Assembly: GCF_001194135.2 (NCBI RefSeq)
Contig: NC_068994.1
Location: 8,547,169 to 8,611,168 of the forward strand
Length of the DNA: 64,000 nucleotides
Reading direction: 5' to 3'
From: Octopus bimaculoides
Lineage: Eukaryota
Position numbers and translations under genes: made by a program. Positions 26,892 to 40,775 of this stretch are shown here, one piece after another. The notes under the pieces were generated by a model. That model saw only the letters and a program-made list of their open reading frames with translations. It ran no database searches and was not told the DNA's origin. Positions within the stretch are counted from its first letter, which is position 1, and every line of letters starts with the position of its first letter.

Positions 26892-27912
26892 CTATTATTA
26901 TTATTATTATTAGAATCATAATCACAACAACTCGGTTATTATCAATGCACTTACTGATTTCAAATACAACTTTGACATCTTCAGATATTTAGAATAAGCA
27001 ATAAACTTATTAAAACGAGGATAAAATTTAAATGTATATTTGGTTGTATATACGTGTGTGTGTATGCATGTATGTGCGTAATGTATACGCTCGTATTGTG
27101 TCTGCAAAACTGTGTTGGTGTTGGTGATGAGTTTTGTAAGATGATTTAATTAAATTAATTAGATGGGTTTATAAATACTTAGCTATCAAAGAACTTAAGA
27201 CAGTTCCGTATTTTGTGAATTAATGGTATATAATATCGAAGCGAGAACACTTCGTATGTGTTTATATTTATATACATACGCACATATATATTGCATATAT
27301 ATATATATCCATACATACAAACGTGTGTATACGTATTTATATCTAGATATACACACACTCGCAAAACCACATAGCACGTACACACACACACACACACACA
27401 TATATAAACGCATATATATATTACATATAAATATATATGCGCACACAGATCCACACACACGCATATATATGTATGTATATATATACATATTTATACACAC
27501 ATATATACATATATATATATATATAGGTATATATATATGTGTGTGTCTGTGTGTATATATATATATATTGTGTGTGTGTGTTGGATTAGTTCCAAGAGAC
27601 ACAAAGCTGAACCGCTAAATATAACGTAACAGGCTTCCATATTCTGGCTGCTATATGTCCCCCTGTAATACGTTAAGTTTCAGTAATAGCATGGACAACT
27701 ACACAAGTTAATTGAATTAATTAAAATAGACAGAAAGGGAATCAAAGACGTTAATGAATGAACGTAGAGGGCGGGCGGTGGGGGGGGGATCCGGTGTGAA
27801 CCATAGATTGGTTTTGAATGGTATATTTATTGATAATTCTGTGAGACGGAGAAACGTTTTTGTTTCCTTTTTTCTGGAGGATTAAAGGAGAAATCAGAAG
27901 ATAGTTGGTGGG

Positions 27913-28700
27913 GTGTGGGCGTTTAGACATGAAAGGAGCAGAGAAATGGAGACAAGACGGATGATGACGACGGCGATGATGATGATGATGGTGTTGATGA
28001 TTGTGAGGAGGAATATGGTGAAGATAAAGAAGAGGATGACGATGATGAGGAGGATTAGGGGGAGGACGAGGAAGCCGATAATGATGATGATTATGATGAA
28101 GATGTGGATGATGAAAATGATGACGACGATCATGCTGCTACTGCTGATGATGATAATGAGGATGATGAAGTTGATGATGACGGTAATGAGAAAAATGAGA
28201 AGGATGATGATACATGGCGACAACGATTATTATGATGTCAGTGATGATGTTGATGAAGCTGATGGTTGGTGGTGCTGATAACGATTATTATTATTATGGT
28301 GATGTAATTATGTGATAAACGTACACTTTGACATATAATACGTCTTTTGCAGTATAAATAGCCTGGCAATTTAGTTGACATGAAGAGAAAATGAGAAATC
28401 AAGAGAAGGCGGTCCCAGTGACAGTGTGAGAGGATGGACGAAGGCGACGGACAAGGACGAGGCTGAAAAAGAAAAGGAGAATGTTGAAGTGATGCTGTTT
28501 ATGACGACGATGTACATACTGATGAAGACAATGATGATGATGATGAGGAGTAGGAGGAGGAGACGGAGGTGGTGGAGGAACAAAGAATCTATGATCGTAG
28601 ATCGGTTGAAGCAGTGTTGAATTTGAACTCAGGTTAAACATAAACAGCAGCAACGAAGACGACGACGACGACAGCATCCACAACAGCAACAACAAACATT
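27913..28700. repeat. Cryptically simple trinucleotide block (GAT/GAG/GAC/CAA)
   Basis: Explains the poly-Met and poly-Ile ORFs; similar blocks at 21250-21520, 33490-33730, 40975-41060 and 49060-49235. Confidence 0.9.
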
Positions 28701-29049
28701 AAGTGTAGACATATTACATACGTAAACATGTAGGGGAAAGATGAGAGAAAAGACAGTGAATAACTACACATATCTAATGTGTAATATAATATGATATATA
28801 TATATATATATATATATATGACATTTTATTTTCTCTTTTTATTTCTGTGTTCCTTTCTGTCGAAGAGCGTAGGTTCGAAATGTAAAAGACTTTTCCACTT
28901 TCTGAGCGTTAAACGTAATACATCTGTTTGTTGTTTATACACCCGTCTTTTGCTTTTGAACACAATGCTAAGCCCAGTCTATGAATTGAAACCTCGATCT
29001 CGTCACTGTGAGTGCGACACACTAACAACTAGGCCACCCGACCTCAACT

Positions 29050-29278
29050 GGAACATTGGTTTGAAGTTTCCAAATTTTGGCAGAAGGCAAAGCAAGTTCA
29101 GGAAGGGGATAAGTCGATTACATCGACCCTATTATTCAACTGGTACGTATTTTATCGACCCGAAAGTATGAATGGTAAGGTTGACCTCGGCGGGATTTGA
29201 ACTCGGAGCCTAAAGACGGACAAAATGTTGCTAAACATTTAGTCTGGCGTGTTACCGTTGTGCCAGCTCTCCGCCTTG
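29050..29278 (-). mobile_element. SINE family B, diverged
   Basis: aactggtacgtattttatcgacccgaaag...gacctcggcgggatttgaactc...tgccagctctccgcc. Confidence 0.75.
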
Positions 29279-29343
29279 CTCAAATGGAACATTAACTGCT
29301 GAAATATAACATTACACTTATCCTCGGAATTTCAATAATGCAA

Positions 29344-29377
<34 letters not shown>

Positions 29378-29666
29378 AAACTCTAGTTCGCTGGTGATGG
29401 CCATAGTTAGAACACATTTGATCATGGCCGAGCGAGACTGAAGATGGCGGTAAACAACAACGAGAAGAGAAACCCTAGCGACACAGCACCACAACAGCAG
29501 TAACAACAACAACAACAATATTAACAACAGCAACAACAACAACTAACTTTGTAAATATTGGCTGACATATGTAATAAAATTATATATAATGCGAAGCGTG
29601 TGAAATCACTGGTGTGGCAACTTCTTCCGATTAAGAATTTTGGCTGCCAACGAATTCAGTAAATTT

Positions 29667-29947
29667 GGCCAATAGAAACTAATAGAGATTGAAACATCGC
29701 AATCGTTGTACTTTAAGCTGCAAAATGCGGATACTCTAACACAAACACGCATACACATACATAAACTCAGGTATACATATTTATGGATGCATATATGTGT
29801 ATGTTTGGGGATAGGTGAGTCTATGTGCAGGTATTTTAATATATGCACACATATATATGTGTGTATATAAATGTACATGTGTGTGATTCTATACGTATGT
29901 ATCTATATATACGTGTGTAATATATGCGTATATGTACTTTTATGCAT

Positions 29948-29993
<46 letters not shown>

Positions 29994-31699
29994 TATTTAT
30001 ATTCGTCCAAAATAAACTCCTTCATGCACAAATGTACACACAAAGGCAACACCCCCCACACACGTGTTTGTGTGGGTAGAAATGTCTGGAGGCGCATACT
30101 TATAGAAATATATAAACTATATATATTGCACAAAGATCGAAAATGGCTTTTCACCTTATTTTCATTTCAGCCTGTCATTTTCCTTCGGTATAAACACATA
30201 AAATATTCAGGCACGCACTCATAGAAACACACACAGAGCCACACACTGAGAGAGAGAGATAAACGCGGTAGAGCGCACAGGCTCTCTCTCTCAGACACAC
30301 ATACAGAGTAATGCAAATGTTGGAGTGCACTCATCAACGGATCAACAGATTGAGAAGGAATGATGTGTAAGGTTGATCGGTTTAAATGCCACTCGATCCT
30401 TTTAGATTATCACGTAGTCTTATGACGTGAAGTTCCATTCATCATGCGTCAGCAAGGTCTGTGTAAAAGTTTAGAACGAGGAGGAAACACTTTGCGCTTT
30501 TGAAGGAACGTCGAAACAGTTCTTTTGTTTTGGGCATTGGAGTGGGCTGGCAAACGATTTAAAGATTAAGATTCTTGTCGCTAAAACTGACGTAGAGTAC
30601 ATTTTTGGTCATCTATTTCTGAATGCTTTTGCGAAATAATACGGAGATTTTCTATAAAGCAAATATAAAAGTGCTTGTATCTATTATTCAACGCTTATGG
30701 GAAATGATATACATATTTTTCTGTATAGCATGTGTAGAAAGGTCTTTATCTGTTACTAAACGTTGCTGGTAAATGTTATATATATTATTTGTAATGCATT
30801 TATCAATTTATAGGAAATGCTGTACGGTTTATATCTAAAGCAGGCGTAGAATATATTTGTCTATAACTAAACGCTGCTAGGAAATGATAAATAGAATATC
30901 CGTAAGACAGGCGTAGAATGCTTTAATCTTTTCTTAAACACGGCCGCTATCTTCTGAATTACCTATGTAATATTTGGGGTGTCCCTTCGCTTCCTCTGTC
31001 ACCAAATTATATCGGTAAAGTTCTGTGGTGTTTTCTAGACGTGTAATGCAAGTATTAACAGTCTATCAACCGTATAGGAATAAATGTCTACCATGAAATG
31101 TTATTCTTGCCAGATACAAATTATGAGTCTACGCATGTGACATTGCAGCAGCTCTGTCAAGAAGTCGAGCTGTTTTTAAATTAATTTGAACTCAGCTTCA
31201 CACCGTCTAGTAATCTCTGCGTATGCCACAGCATTATTAAATAGCTGGACATGCACAGCCATGTGATTTCGAGATCGTTTCTGTTGGATGACCAAATGGA
31301 TTTATATCTTCTACACGTAACATTAAAAAAGCCACTTCCATCACGTCATATGTTCTCTCGAGTACGACAAAACACAACAGTCATGCGATACGTATTACCG
31401 AAACCAATAGGCTTTTGTCACATCTGCTGTACCTTTAAAAAATAGCTCTCCTCAACCCATTGACCATTCTGATCTTTATCCCAACTTAGTTACTCTCCCT
31501 TTCAAAGCCAAACCGAACTGTCTAAGACCTTTATCCAGGATCTCGGTCTACGGCCAATAGAAACTAATAGAGATTGAAATATCGAAATCGTTGTACTTTA
31601 AGCTGCAAAATGTGGATATGCAAACACACACACAGGACACACATACACATGCATACACATACATAAACTCAGGTAAAGAATGTTATGGATGCATATATG
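29667..31699. repeat. Dispersed direct repeats of 130-150 bp, 1.9 kb apart
   Basis: ggccaatagaaactaatagagattgaaa...taagctgcaaaatg...cataaactcaggta...tatggatgcatatatg at 29667-29797 and 31552-31699. Confidence 0.85.
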
Positions 31700-32148
31700 A
31701 TAGAGCTGGTATGACGTTGCCTTTCCAGATGCCGTGATTCAAAATCGATAGATTTGTCATAATTGCTTTTATACGATTAATAGTACTCAATCACTCAGAA
31801 AATGTAGAGCATAGTTACAAATATTTACCCCATCGAATTTGTTTCATCACAACTTTCTGAAAAATGATTATCTATTAATGAAAGTGCCCAAATGTATCGC
31901 ATGTATTGTAGATTACGTTTATAGCGGAATTTGCAAAAAATTATTTACTTCCTGATAGCTTTCAGAAAAATGGTCGAGGAACTTATTGAAAAGTTTTTCC
32001 AAATATAAGTTCAAATTACACAAATGCTACTTGGTCGTTCCAAAGAGCAATCAGGTCACTAAAGAACGTTAATGTAAATAATTTAAATGAAAGACTCGAG
32101 AATCGTTTCCCAGAAAACGAACATACCCACAAATCTATAGACTGTGTT

Positions 32149-32179
<31 letters not shown>

Positions 32180-33260
32180 GGGTATATGCGTACACCTGTG
32201 TGTGTGTGTGTGTTTGTGGGAGGGGTCCAAGTGTGTATATAAAAAATGTATATAGGTGGGTGNNNNNNNNNNNNNNNNNNNNNNNNNNNNNNNNNNNNNN
32301 NNNNNNNNNNNNNNNNNNNNNNNNNNNNNNNNNNNNNNNNNNNNNNNNNNNNNNNNNNNNNNNNNNNNNNNNNNNNNNNNNNNNNNNNNNNNNNNNNNNN
32401 NNNNNNNNNNNNNNNNNNNNNNNNNNNNNNNNNNNNNNNNNNNNNNNNNNNNNNNNNNNNNNNNNNNNNNNNNNNNNNNNNNNNNNNNNNNNNNNNNNNN
32501 NNNNNNNNNNNNNNNNNNNNNNNNNNNNNNNNNNNNNNNNNNNNNNNNNNNNNNNNNNNNNNNNNNNNNNNNNNNNNNNNNNNNNNNNNNNNNNNNNNNN
32601 NNNNNNNNNNNNNNNNNNNNNNNNNNNNNNNNNNNNNNNNNNNNNNNNNNNNNNNNNNNNNNNNNNNNNNNNNNNNNNNNNNNNNNNNNNNNNNNNNNNN
32701 NNNNNNNNNNNNNNNNNNNNNNNNNNNNNNNNNNNNNNNNNNNNNNNNNNNNNNNNNNNNNNNNNNNNNNNNNNNNNNNNNNNNNNNNNNNNNNNNNNNN
32801 TATATATATATATATATATATATATACCTGCATCTGTTTGTTTTTTTGTGTGTGTCTGTTGCATGTTTGCGTGTGTGTATTTGTGAGATTATGTGCGTGT
32901 GTATAATAAAGGCTTGCAACGATCGCGAGGTCATTCCTAATTAAAAGACTGATCATCAGCCAGGTTGATAATGGACAGCTCACCTGGTAGTTGGAAATGG
33001 AAAACGGAAATCTAACGCGCTACAGATAATGATTTCCCAATTTTAGCTCAAAGGCATATGATTTGCTACCGACAGCACGCAAACGACAGAATATTCCGAG
33101 GTGCAGAATGTACGTGCCGAGAAGAGGGCCTTTACATAGTCATTCGGCAAGATAGAATTAACAGCTGCATTTTCTTCAAATCGCACGCTATCTTTTTAAA
33201 GTGGAAAGGGTACTTTAATTAAGTAAAACGATGATGTACTTCACATAGAAATTTAACGAA

Positions 33261-33490
33261 GGCGTAGGAGTGGCTGTGTGGTAAGTAGCTTGCCCACCAA
33301 CCACATGGTTCTGGGTTCAGTCCCACTGCGTGGCACCTTGGGCAAGTGTCTTCTACTATAACCTCGGGCCGACCAAAGCCTTGTGAGTGGATTTGGTAGA
33401 CGGAAACTGAAAGAAGCCCGTTGTATATATATGTGTGTGTGTGTGTTTGTTTGTTTGTGCGTCTGTCCCCTCAGCATCGCTTGACAAGTG
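33261..33490 (+). mobile_element. SINE family A, young 5' half
   Basis: ggcgtaggagtggctgtgtggtaagtagc...gggttcagtcccactgcgtggcaccttgggcaagtgtcttc; accttgggcaagt resembles the CORE-SINE domain. Confidence 0.85.
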
Positions 33491-33849
33491 GTAGCAATAC
33501 TAACTGTAGTGTTGTCGATAGTAGTAGTAGTTTTAGTAGTTGTAGAAGTAGTAGTATTAGCTGTAGTAGTAGCAGCAGCAGCAACAAAAGCAGTGGTATT
33601 GTAGTGGTGATTGTGGTTGTGTTATTGTCGGTAGTAGTAGCATCAGTAACAGTGGTGACATTGTTGTAGCAGCGGCAGAAGAAGCAGTAGCAGCAACAGC
33701 ATCATCATCAGTGGTAGTAGTGGTAGTAGGTGATCTCGAGTGCAGGTCGGCATGGGGATCGGGTGTGAGGATATAACATTTAATCAATTTCAGATTACTG
33801 AGTACTAACTTCAATTAGTAAAAATAGTAAAGTTACCTTCGCGCGTCAC

Positions 33850-34050
33850 CCTAACTCAAAAGCAGGTTTCCATGGTGTTTAAATTCCGCCACCTGGACAG
33901 GACGCCGGTCCGTCATTGGATTACTCATTCTTGCCAACCGAATGCTCTGGAGCCACATAAAAATGAAATGTTTTACTCAAAACCACAACGCACCACCCGG
34001 TTCTGAAATCGAAACCACAATCTCACGATCATGATTCTAACACTCCTAAC
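33850..34050 (-). mobile_element. Old tRNA-derived SINE (family G)
   Basis: Degenerate head ggaggcaagcggcttagtggttagg...tttcgatttcagaaccgg and body gacggaccggcgtcctgtccagg. Confidence 0.55.
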
Positions 34051-35560
34051 CACTAAGCCGCTTGCCTCCATTAACTTAAATTGTGTGGAGTACCTTAAAT
34101 GTCTTTACATCGTCACAAATAGAACGAATGCTGCAAGACGTTCTGTCCGCCGCTCTCATGATTTTCTTGTCGAGTGATTACGCAGAATATCTTTTATTTG
34201 TTAGTAAATAAAAGTATTTTCGAAGAACAGGTAAACAGCTATGGCGGACATTTTCACGTCCTTGTATTGAATGAAAACACTTCAGTTGATATCAATGAAT
34301 TATTTGACTAATTCTGTGATAATTGATGTTGTTGAAGAAGATAGCTAATCTCTTCTGCTACTTGTTTTCGTTAGTCTCTTTCACACCCTCTCAATCTCTC
34401 TCACCGACTGCCGATTTCTTACTCCCATTCTCTGTCTCTCTCTCTCTTTCATTTACTCAATGTTGACATAGGTTACTCAACAACAATAATAAGCAAAATA
34501 TCAACAATTGATGTAACCAAAGAAGCAGAAATGTTAAACTAACATCGCTGACGACGGCAACGACAACAAGAACAAAGACAAAGACACCAGCAGCAGCAGC
34601 AGCAGCAGCAGCAATAACAACAAAAAGCAGCAAAGTTGTGACATTTATCTAGATGCCAGCTGAATCTTTGTTGCAGAACTTGTTTGGCAACGTTTAAAAC
34701 ATCATGCGGTGTAAGACAAACAAACTAAATCCATCTGAACGAAAGAAATAATCAATTTAATATGGAAACAATGGAAATTTTGCATATGTTTGCGGCCTTG
34801 AGGCATCAAAAGTAATAAGTAATATCTACTTGATGCATGGAAGTGGTGGAACTACGCCAAACAAAATACTATTCTGCTTTCTACCGAATTAAACAACGTT
34901 GAACTCCAATAGACTTTTCCTATCCCGTATTACACGACATCGTATTCTGTATTTAACTAAAGTGGTTTGGTTTTTCCTATTCTGTTATATTATCTTTTAA
35001 AATCTTTTAGTCAGGAAGGAAATCAATGCACATGATGACCTTCTTCAGGGTCCGCGACGCTAGTTGGAGTGAGCGTTGAGCATATAGTATCTCTAAGTAC
35101 GAGGCTCGTCCCCGGTACTCGTAAAAAGTGTGCGTTGCGCTAAAAGCTCCAAAGGGGTTAGGTGTGACGCTAAACAGAATGATGGGTTAAATCCATCACG
35201 CAACTTGGTTAAGGTGAGATTTGAAATTGAAACAAAAACAGCCAAAACAAATTTCGCAAATTCCTCCCGTCCAAGGTTCTTAGATCTCGGCTAATTCATT
35301 ACCTTCTGTTGAACATGTTTAATGGACCACGAAGTGTAAATATATATACATATATATATAACATGCGATACCCTAAGTGGGATTTGAAATTGGTGAGCAG
35401 CAATTCGGAACAAATATTGCGAGGGATTTTCTTCAATTTTTGTTTACAACAAACGGACTGCATAAGACATGGCTCAACATTTGGTATTGATTCTAACATT
35501 ATAATGTTGGTCCTCAACATAAACGGCTGCATAAGAAGAAATAATACAAAGTAACTTTTC

Positions 35561-35711
35561 AGTTGTATATTTAAGAGATGAGGAATTATATACATTATTT
35601 ACATTTGACGGATATTTCTCCTCATTTTGAAAGCTGGCGAGTATATCAGCCGAAACGTTGTGTTAACAACAAACAAAATCAGGACAAATATCCGTCAAAT
35701 GTAAATAATGT
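35561..35711. mobile_element. Palindromic hammerhead-family element, copy 2 (short, ribozyme 5' core lost)
   Basis: Same sequence family (gccgaaacgttgtgttaacaacaaac...gtcaaatgtaaataatgta) plus an inverted 3' end; 13-bp TSD aaagtaa(c/t)ttttc at 35548-35560 and 35712-35724. Confidence 0.75.
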
Positions 35712-36034
35712 AAAGTAATTTTTCGTTAGGCATGACATTTAGATAGTCTCACGGGACGAAGGTTGACCATGATTGCTTTAACGATACTTAAAATGCAATT
35801 GCAGAAGGAGAAAGTTACACCCTATAATTCTTTATCTGTCCATTATTGGTTTTTCTGTTCTCCCATAGATATATATACTAGCTATAACTCAAATTCTTCT
35901 AAAGAGAAAATTTTACTGTTTCTAGAAGAAACCTCGTAAGATGCACCAAATAGGGAAAATATTTTCAGACTGAAAAATATTTTATAATTTTCACTGGTTT
36001 TCTTTTGACTGACAATGATTAGCCAATTGATTTA

Positions 36035-36246
36035 GGGCGGCGAGCTGGCAGAAACGTTAGCACGCCGGGCGAAATGCTTAGCGGCATTTCGTCTGTCTTT
36101 ACGTTCTGTGTTCAAATTCCGCCGAGGTCGACTTTGCCTTTCATCCTTTCGGGGTCGATAAATTAAGTACCAGTTGCGTTCTGAGGTCGATCTAATCGAC
36201 TGACCCCTCCTCCAAAATTTCGGGCCTTGTGCCTAGAGTAAAAAAA
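36035..36246 (+). mobile_element. SINE family B, tail type 1, full length
   Basis: High identity to the 16339 copy; flanking gattag(c/t)caa at 36017 and 36247 is a probable TSD. Confidence 0.9.
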
Positions 36247-37059
36247 GATTAGTCAAATAATTAATAAGTTCGTTTTGCAAGCATGAGATCCCGGATTTGA
36301 TTCCATCAATGGCGTCTTGTGTAACTCTGTTTTACAATAGCCTTGGATCAATCCAACTCTTTTTGGGTGATACTGAACAGACGGCAACTGTTTAAAATCT
36401 CATCGGATGGATCGTATTTGTCTGTGGTATGCAGAGACACGAACACGACATGAGACCTAATCATTGGAAAAGATATCGTCGAAATGGAAAGAGATGAATT
36501 TAGAATGTTAAATTAATAAAAAGGCGTTAATATTATGCGATAGCAGGCAGTGAGCAAGTTAAATGTTCAGCGGCATTTCATTCATCTTTACGTTCTGTTA
36601 TGACGTGCTTATACACGTCTGGTGTAAAATGGTATTACACAAATAAACAGTTGGCTGTGGTTATCTAAAAATAACCTATTGCAGAACGCACTCCGGACTG
36701 CTCGAACGTCGGTGCGATATTACGATATTCACCGTTCAACTATTGACTGTTAACCTAACACTCGTCAAATGAATACGGTAAACCAACACTGTCGAACTAA
36801 CACGTTCTGAATTCAAATTCCGCCGAGGAATAAGTACCAGTTGAATTCTGTGGTTGATGAAATCGACTTAATCTCCTACGCCCACATTACTGGCTTTGTG
36901 CTAAAATTTAAAACTAATATTATGCAACGGTTGTGTTACGTGCAGACATAGGTGTGTGATTTAAAAAGTCGCATTGAGAGCACGTGTTTCGACTTCAGTC
37001 TTCTAGGAGAGCACATTGGTCAACTCGGTTTTACTATATCACTTGACCGCCCGATACAT

Positions 37060-37317
37060 TTTAATTCCGCCGAGGTCGACTTTGCCGTTCATCATTTCGG
37101 GGTCGATAAATTAAGTACCAGTTGCGTACTGGGGTCAATTTAATCGACTGGCTCCTTTCCCCAAAATTTCGGACCTTGTGCCTAGAGTAGATTCGAATTT
37201 AAAGCGGCGAGCTGGCAGAAACGTTAGCACACCGGGCGAAATGCTTAGCGGTATTTCGTCAGTTTTTATGTTCTGAGTTCAAATTCCGCCGAGGTCGACT
37301 TTGCCTTTCATCCTTTC
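37060..37317 (+). mobile_element. SINE family B dimer (5'-truncated copy followed by a full head) ending at a gap
   Basis: Type 1 tail ending about 37196 is followed directly by aaagcggcgagctggcag. Confidence 0.8.
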
Positions 37318-37739
37318 NNNNNNNNNNNNNNNNNNNNNNNNNNNNNNNNNNNNNNNNNNNNNNNNNNNNNNNNNNNNNNNNNNNNNNNNNNNNNNNNNNN
37401 NNNNNNNNNNNNNNNNNNNNNNNNNNNNNNNNNNNNNNNNNNNNNNNNNNNNNNNNNNNNNNNNNNNNNNNNNNNNNNNNNNNNNNNNNNNNNNNNNNNN
37501 NNNNNNNNNNNNNNNNNNNNNNNNNNNNNNNNNNNNNNNNNNNNNNNNNNNNNNNNNNNNNNNNNNNNNNNNNNNNNNNNNNNNNNNNNNNNNNNNNNNN
37601 NNNNNNNNNNNNNNNNNNNNNNNNNNNNNNNNNNNNNNNNNNNNNNNNNNNNNNNNNNNNNNNNNNNNNNNNNNNNNNNNNNNNNNNNNNNNNNNNNNNN
37701 NNNNNNNNNNNNNNNNNNNNNNNNNNNNNNNNNNNNNNN

Positions 37740-38290
37740 CACACACGTACATATACACATATATATATATACATGTATATAATTGGATGTATATATAAGT
37801 GTTTGTGTGTGTGTGCGTATATATACACGCACAAATACACACACCTGCGGGCGCGCACACACGTGTATATATATGTGTGTGTACGTGTGTGTGTATGTAT
37901 GAAAAATGAGATNNNNNNNNNNAAACGGTGTGATGAATATATATATATACACATACACAGAACAGTTAAATACATACATACATACATATATACATATATA
38001 TACACACACATATATAGATACACGCACACAGACATACATGCGCGCGCATATATATGTGTTCGTGTGTGTGCGTATATATATACACGCACAAATACACACA
38101 CCTGCGGGCGCGCACACACGTGTATATATATGTGTNNNNNNNNNNGACATACATGCGCGCGCATATATATGTGTTCGTGTGTGTGCGTATATATATACAC
38201 GCACAAATACACACACCTGCGGGCGCGCACACACGTGTATATATATGTGTGTGTACGTGTGTGTGTATGTATGAAAAATGAGATAAAGCA
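37740..38290. repeat. Compound CA/TA/CG dinucleotide minisatellite with repeated blocks of roughly 140-240 bp between small gaps
   Basis: acacctgcgggcgcgcacacacgtg recurs three times; copy number is unreliable because of gap padding. Confidence 0.7.
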
Positions 38291-38596
38291 TAAACTACAA
38301 AAACTAGAGTTATAAAATAGATGGTTACGAACAAGATGAAAGCTGGTACTTCATGCGTTTAATGCTACATAAGTATCTAAGCGAATTTCCAATGGAAATT
38401 GATAAGTTTGTAGTAGCCTTGAATGACATATTTGAAATGAAATTGTCATGAACGAACAAAGCGGCCAGGTTGTCAGGAAATAGAAATTGTGCAATTTCGT
38501 ATGGAGATGTAAGACGTTTTAGGATATTTCATTAACGGAGAGAACAACGGCACACAGAAACAAACGCATATACGTGTGTGTGTGTGTGTGTATGTG

Positions 38597-38657
<61 letters not shown>

Positions 38658-39361
38658 GAAGACAGAGTGAAAGAGAGTGAGAAACGGAGAGGGAGAAAAA
38701 GGAGGGATAACTCTGTTCTTGTGTGTAATCTATAATGGAGATTAATGGTAGTTAATAATAATGTAGAAAAACTGAAGCGAAATGCTTCATAATTTCAAAC
38801 CCGCTGACTTGCATCTATCTGTATTGTGCTTCAGGGAAAGGGTAACAACCATTTTTGAGTCGTAGTTTATCATTCTGACAGAGCTAGCTACCTCTTCTAA
38901 TAGTGTTACCATTTTCTTTCCTCCTTTCTTTTTTGTTTTCTTTCTTTTGTCTTTTTCTATTCTTCTTTTGACAAGTTGCTTTACTAAAGAAGAGATATAT
39001 CTACCAGTCCAGTAAGCATTCCTCTGGATTTAACCACTGTTTCTAATATCTAACTGTAGTTATTTGAGTTCCGTGATCAGATTAGAAATTAAGCATTTGA
39101 ACTAAAAACTTAAAGACAGACAAAATAGTGCTAAGCATTTTGTCCAGCGTGCTAACGATTCTACCAGCTCTCCGCCTTCTCTAACCTTTCTATTGTAGAT
39201 ACAAGTCCTGGAATTTGTGGGGAGGGAGGTAGTCTATTATATCGACGCCAGTGTTTCTTTGGTACTTAATTTATTGTCCCTGAGAGCCTGAAATGCAAAG
39301 TTGAACTCGGCGGAATACTGCTAAGCTTTTCGTCCAATGTGCTAACGATTCTGCCTCGTTC

Positions 39362-39477
39362 GTGAGAGCAGTCCAATTTATTTCAGATATTCTCATTCTA
39401 AAAGTCATCTCGGACTAATCGTTGAGTGGACGTTGGTGTTGCCTTGGCGGAGTTTTGCGCTCTGTGAATGCTCGTTT
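39362..39477 (-). mobile_element. Second copy of the HINE-like repeat
   Basis: Reverse complement of 53593-53688 (gttgccttggcggag...gcgctctgtgaatgctc). Confidence 0.45.
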
Positions 39478-40775
39478 ATAAGACGCATGGCCAAGGACTT
39501 AGAGTAATGCACCCAGAATTCTGAGATCATGATTTCGATTCCCGGATCGGGAGGTGCATTGTTTTCTTCAGCAAAACTCATTTCATTTTGCTTTATTTTA
39601 CTCAGCTGTAGATGAGTAACGTTGAGACAGAATGGCCCTCTGTTAAGGAACGGATGCTATACTTTCGCTCAGTTATACGCCATAGGTGTGGACACCAAGC
39701 CAACAGTCACATCATTTGCGCGCTTCAACAATGTGGAGTAGCGCATTGAACCTGCGGTGTATAAGAACGACCGACAGTCTGCTCGAAACAGTAATATATT
39801 TTCGCCTTTGGCTTAATGTTAGCAACGCTGTTTTGTCAACTCAAATGTCTAATTGGAAACATCGATTATTTAATTTTATTCATTGTTTGTTTGTTTCTTT
39901 TACTTAAAATCGATTTTCGTGTTTGAAAATAATCAAGGCCGTGTTTGTTTTGTAGTTGAGGCTGTTGCGAGCAGATGTTCTTGTCAGCGGGCATCATCCC
40001 ATTAAAACATTTATGCCAGCGGTTTGTAACGTGCGCGGACACACACACACACACACACACACACGCTCTCCCCTCTTTCTTTCTCTCTCTCTCTCTCTCT
40101 CCTACTCTCTCTCACATACACACAAACCACAACACGTGCGCGCGCACACGCTCGCACGCACGCACATGCACATGTATTTGTGCATGATCTACAGGGTGTC
40201 CACAAAGTCTTGGTTCCATGGAGATTAACACATACTTTAAGAAATTATTATTTCTTATATTTAATTGTTTATGTTATGATTTTATTTACTCCGTGTACCC
40301 AGACCTTGTGGACACCCTGTATAAAGACATCTTAGGGAGAACCTTTGTTGCAGCTCCGATTACGTGGTACGTCTTCAAGCACTCTGAAAGCTTTCGGCTA
40401 GCATAACTAAAAAAAGACCCCTAATTTTCGCAATTGCTAACCTTGGGAAAATCTCTCTGCTAATATTATATTTGACATACTTGTAATTTGGACACATGCA
40501 GTCAACATGGACAGTGAGATGAACCACTTGGTCTTGGCAAAATGCGTCAGTATAAAAACATGAAGACATGGAAAGCGGCAGAAGAACAAACATAGTTTAA
40601 ATGTTACTCGTTGCTATCACAAGAACGTTATAAAGACACCCACTTTACATTCTGAAGTTAAGAGATCTTGTTAAAGGTGGCTAGTGTAATTTATTTAGTA
40701 ATTTGTGCATAGCGATATGATGGTATATGATGCTGGCTTTCTTGAGTTACAATAATAATATTGAAGACGACACTA

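Noticed and set aside
27894-28695. Poly-Met, poly-Ile and acidic low-complexity ORFs
   Set aside because: Imperfect trinucleotide repeat block with no splice or homology support.
35042-35048. CTGAAGA on the minus strand (also CTGATGA at 15520, 20163, 54547 and 56576 on +)
   Set aside because: No correctly placed GAAA plus NUH and helices, so not hammerheads.
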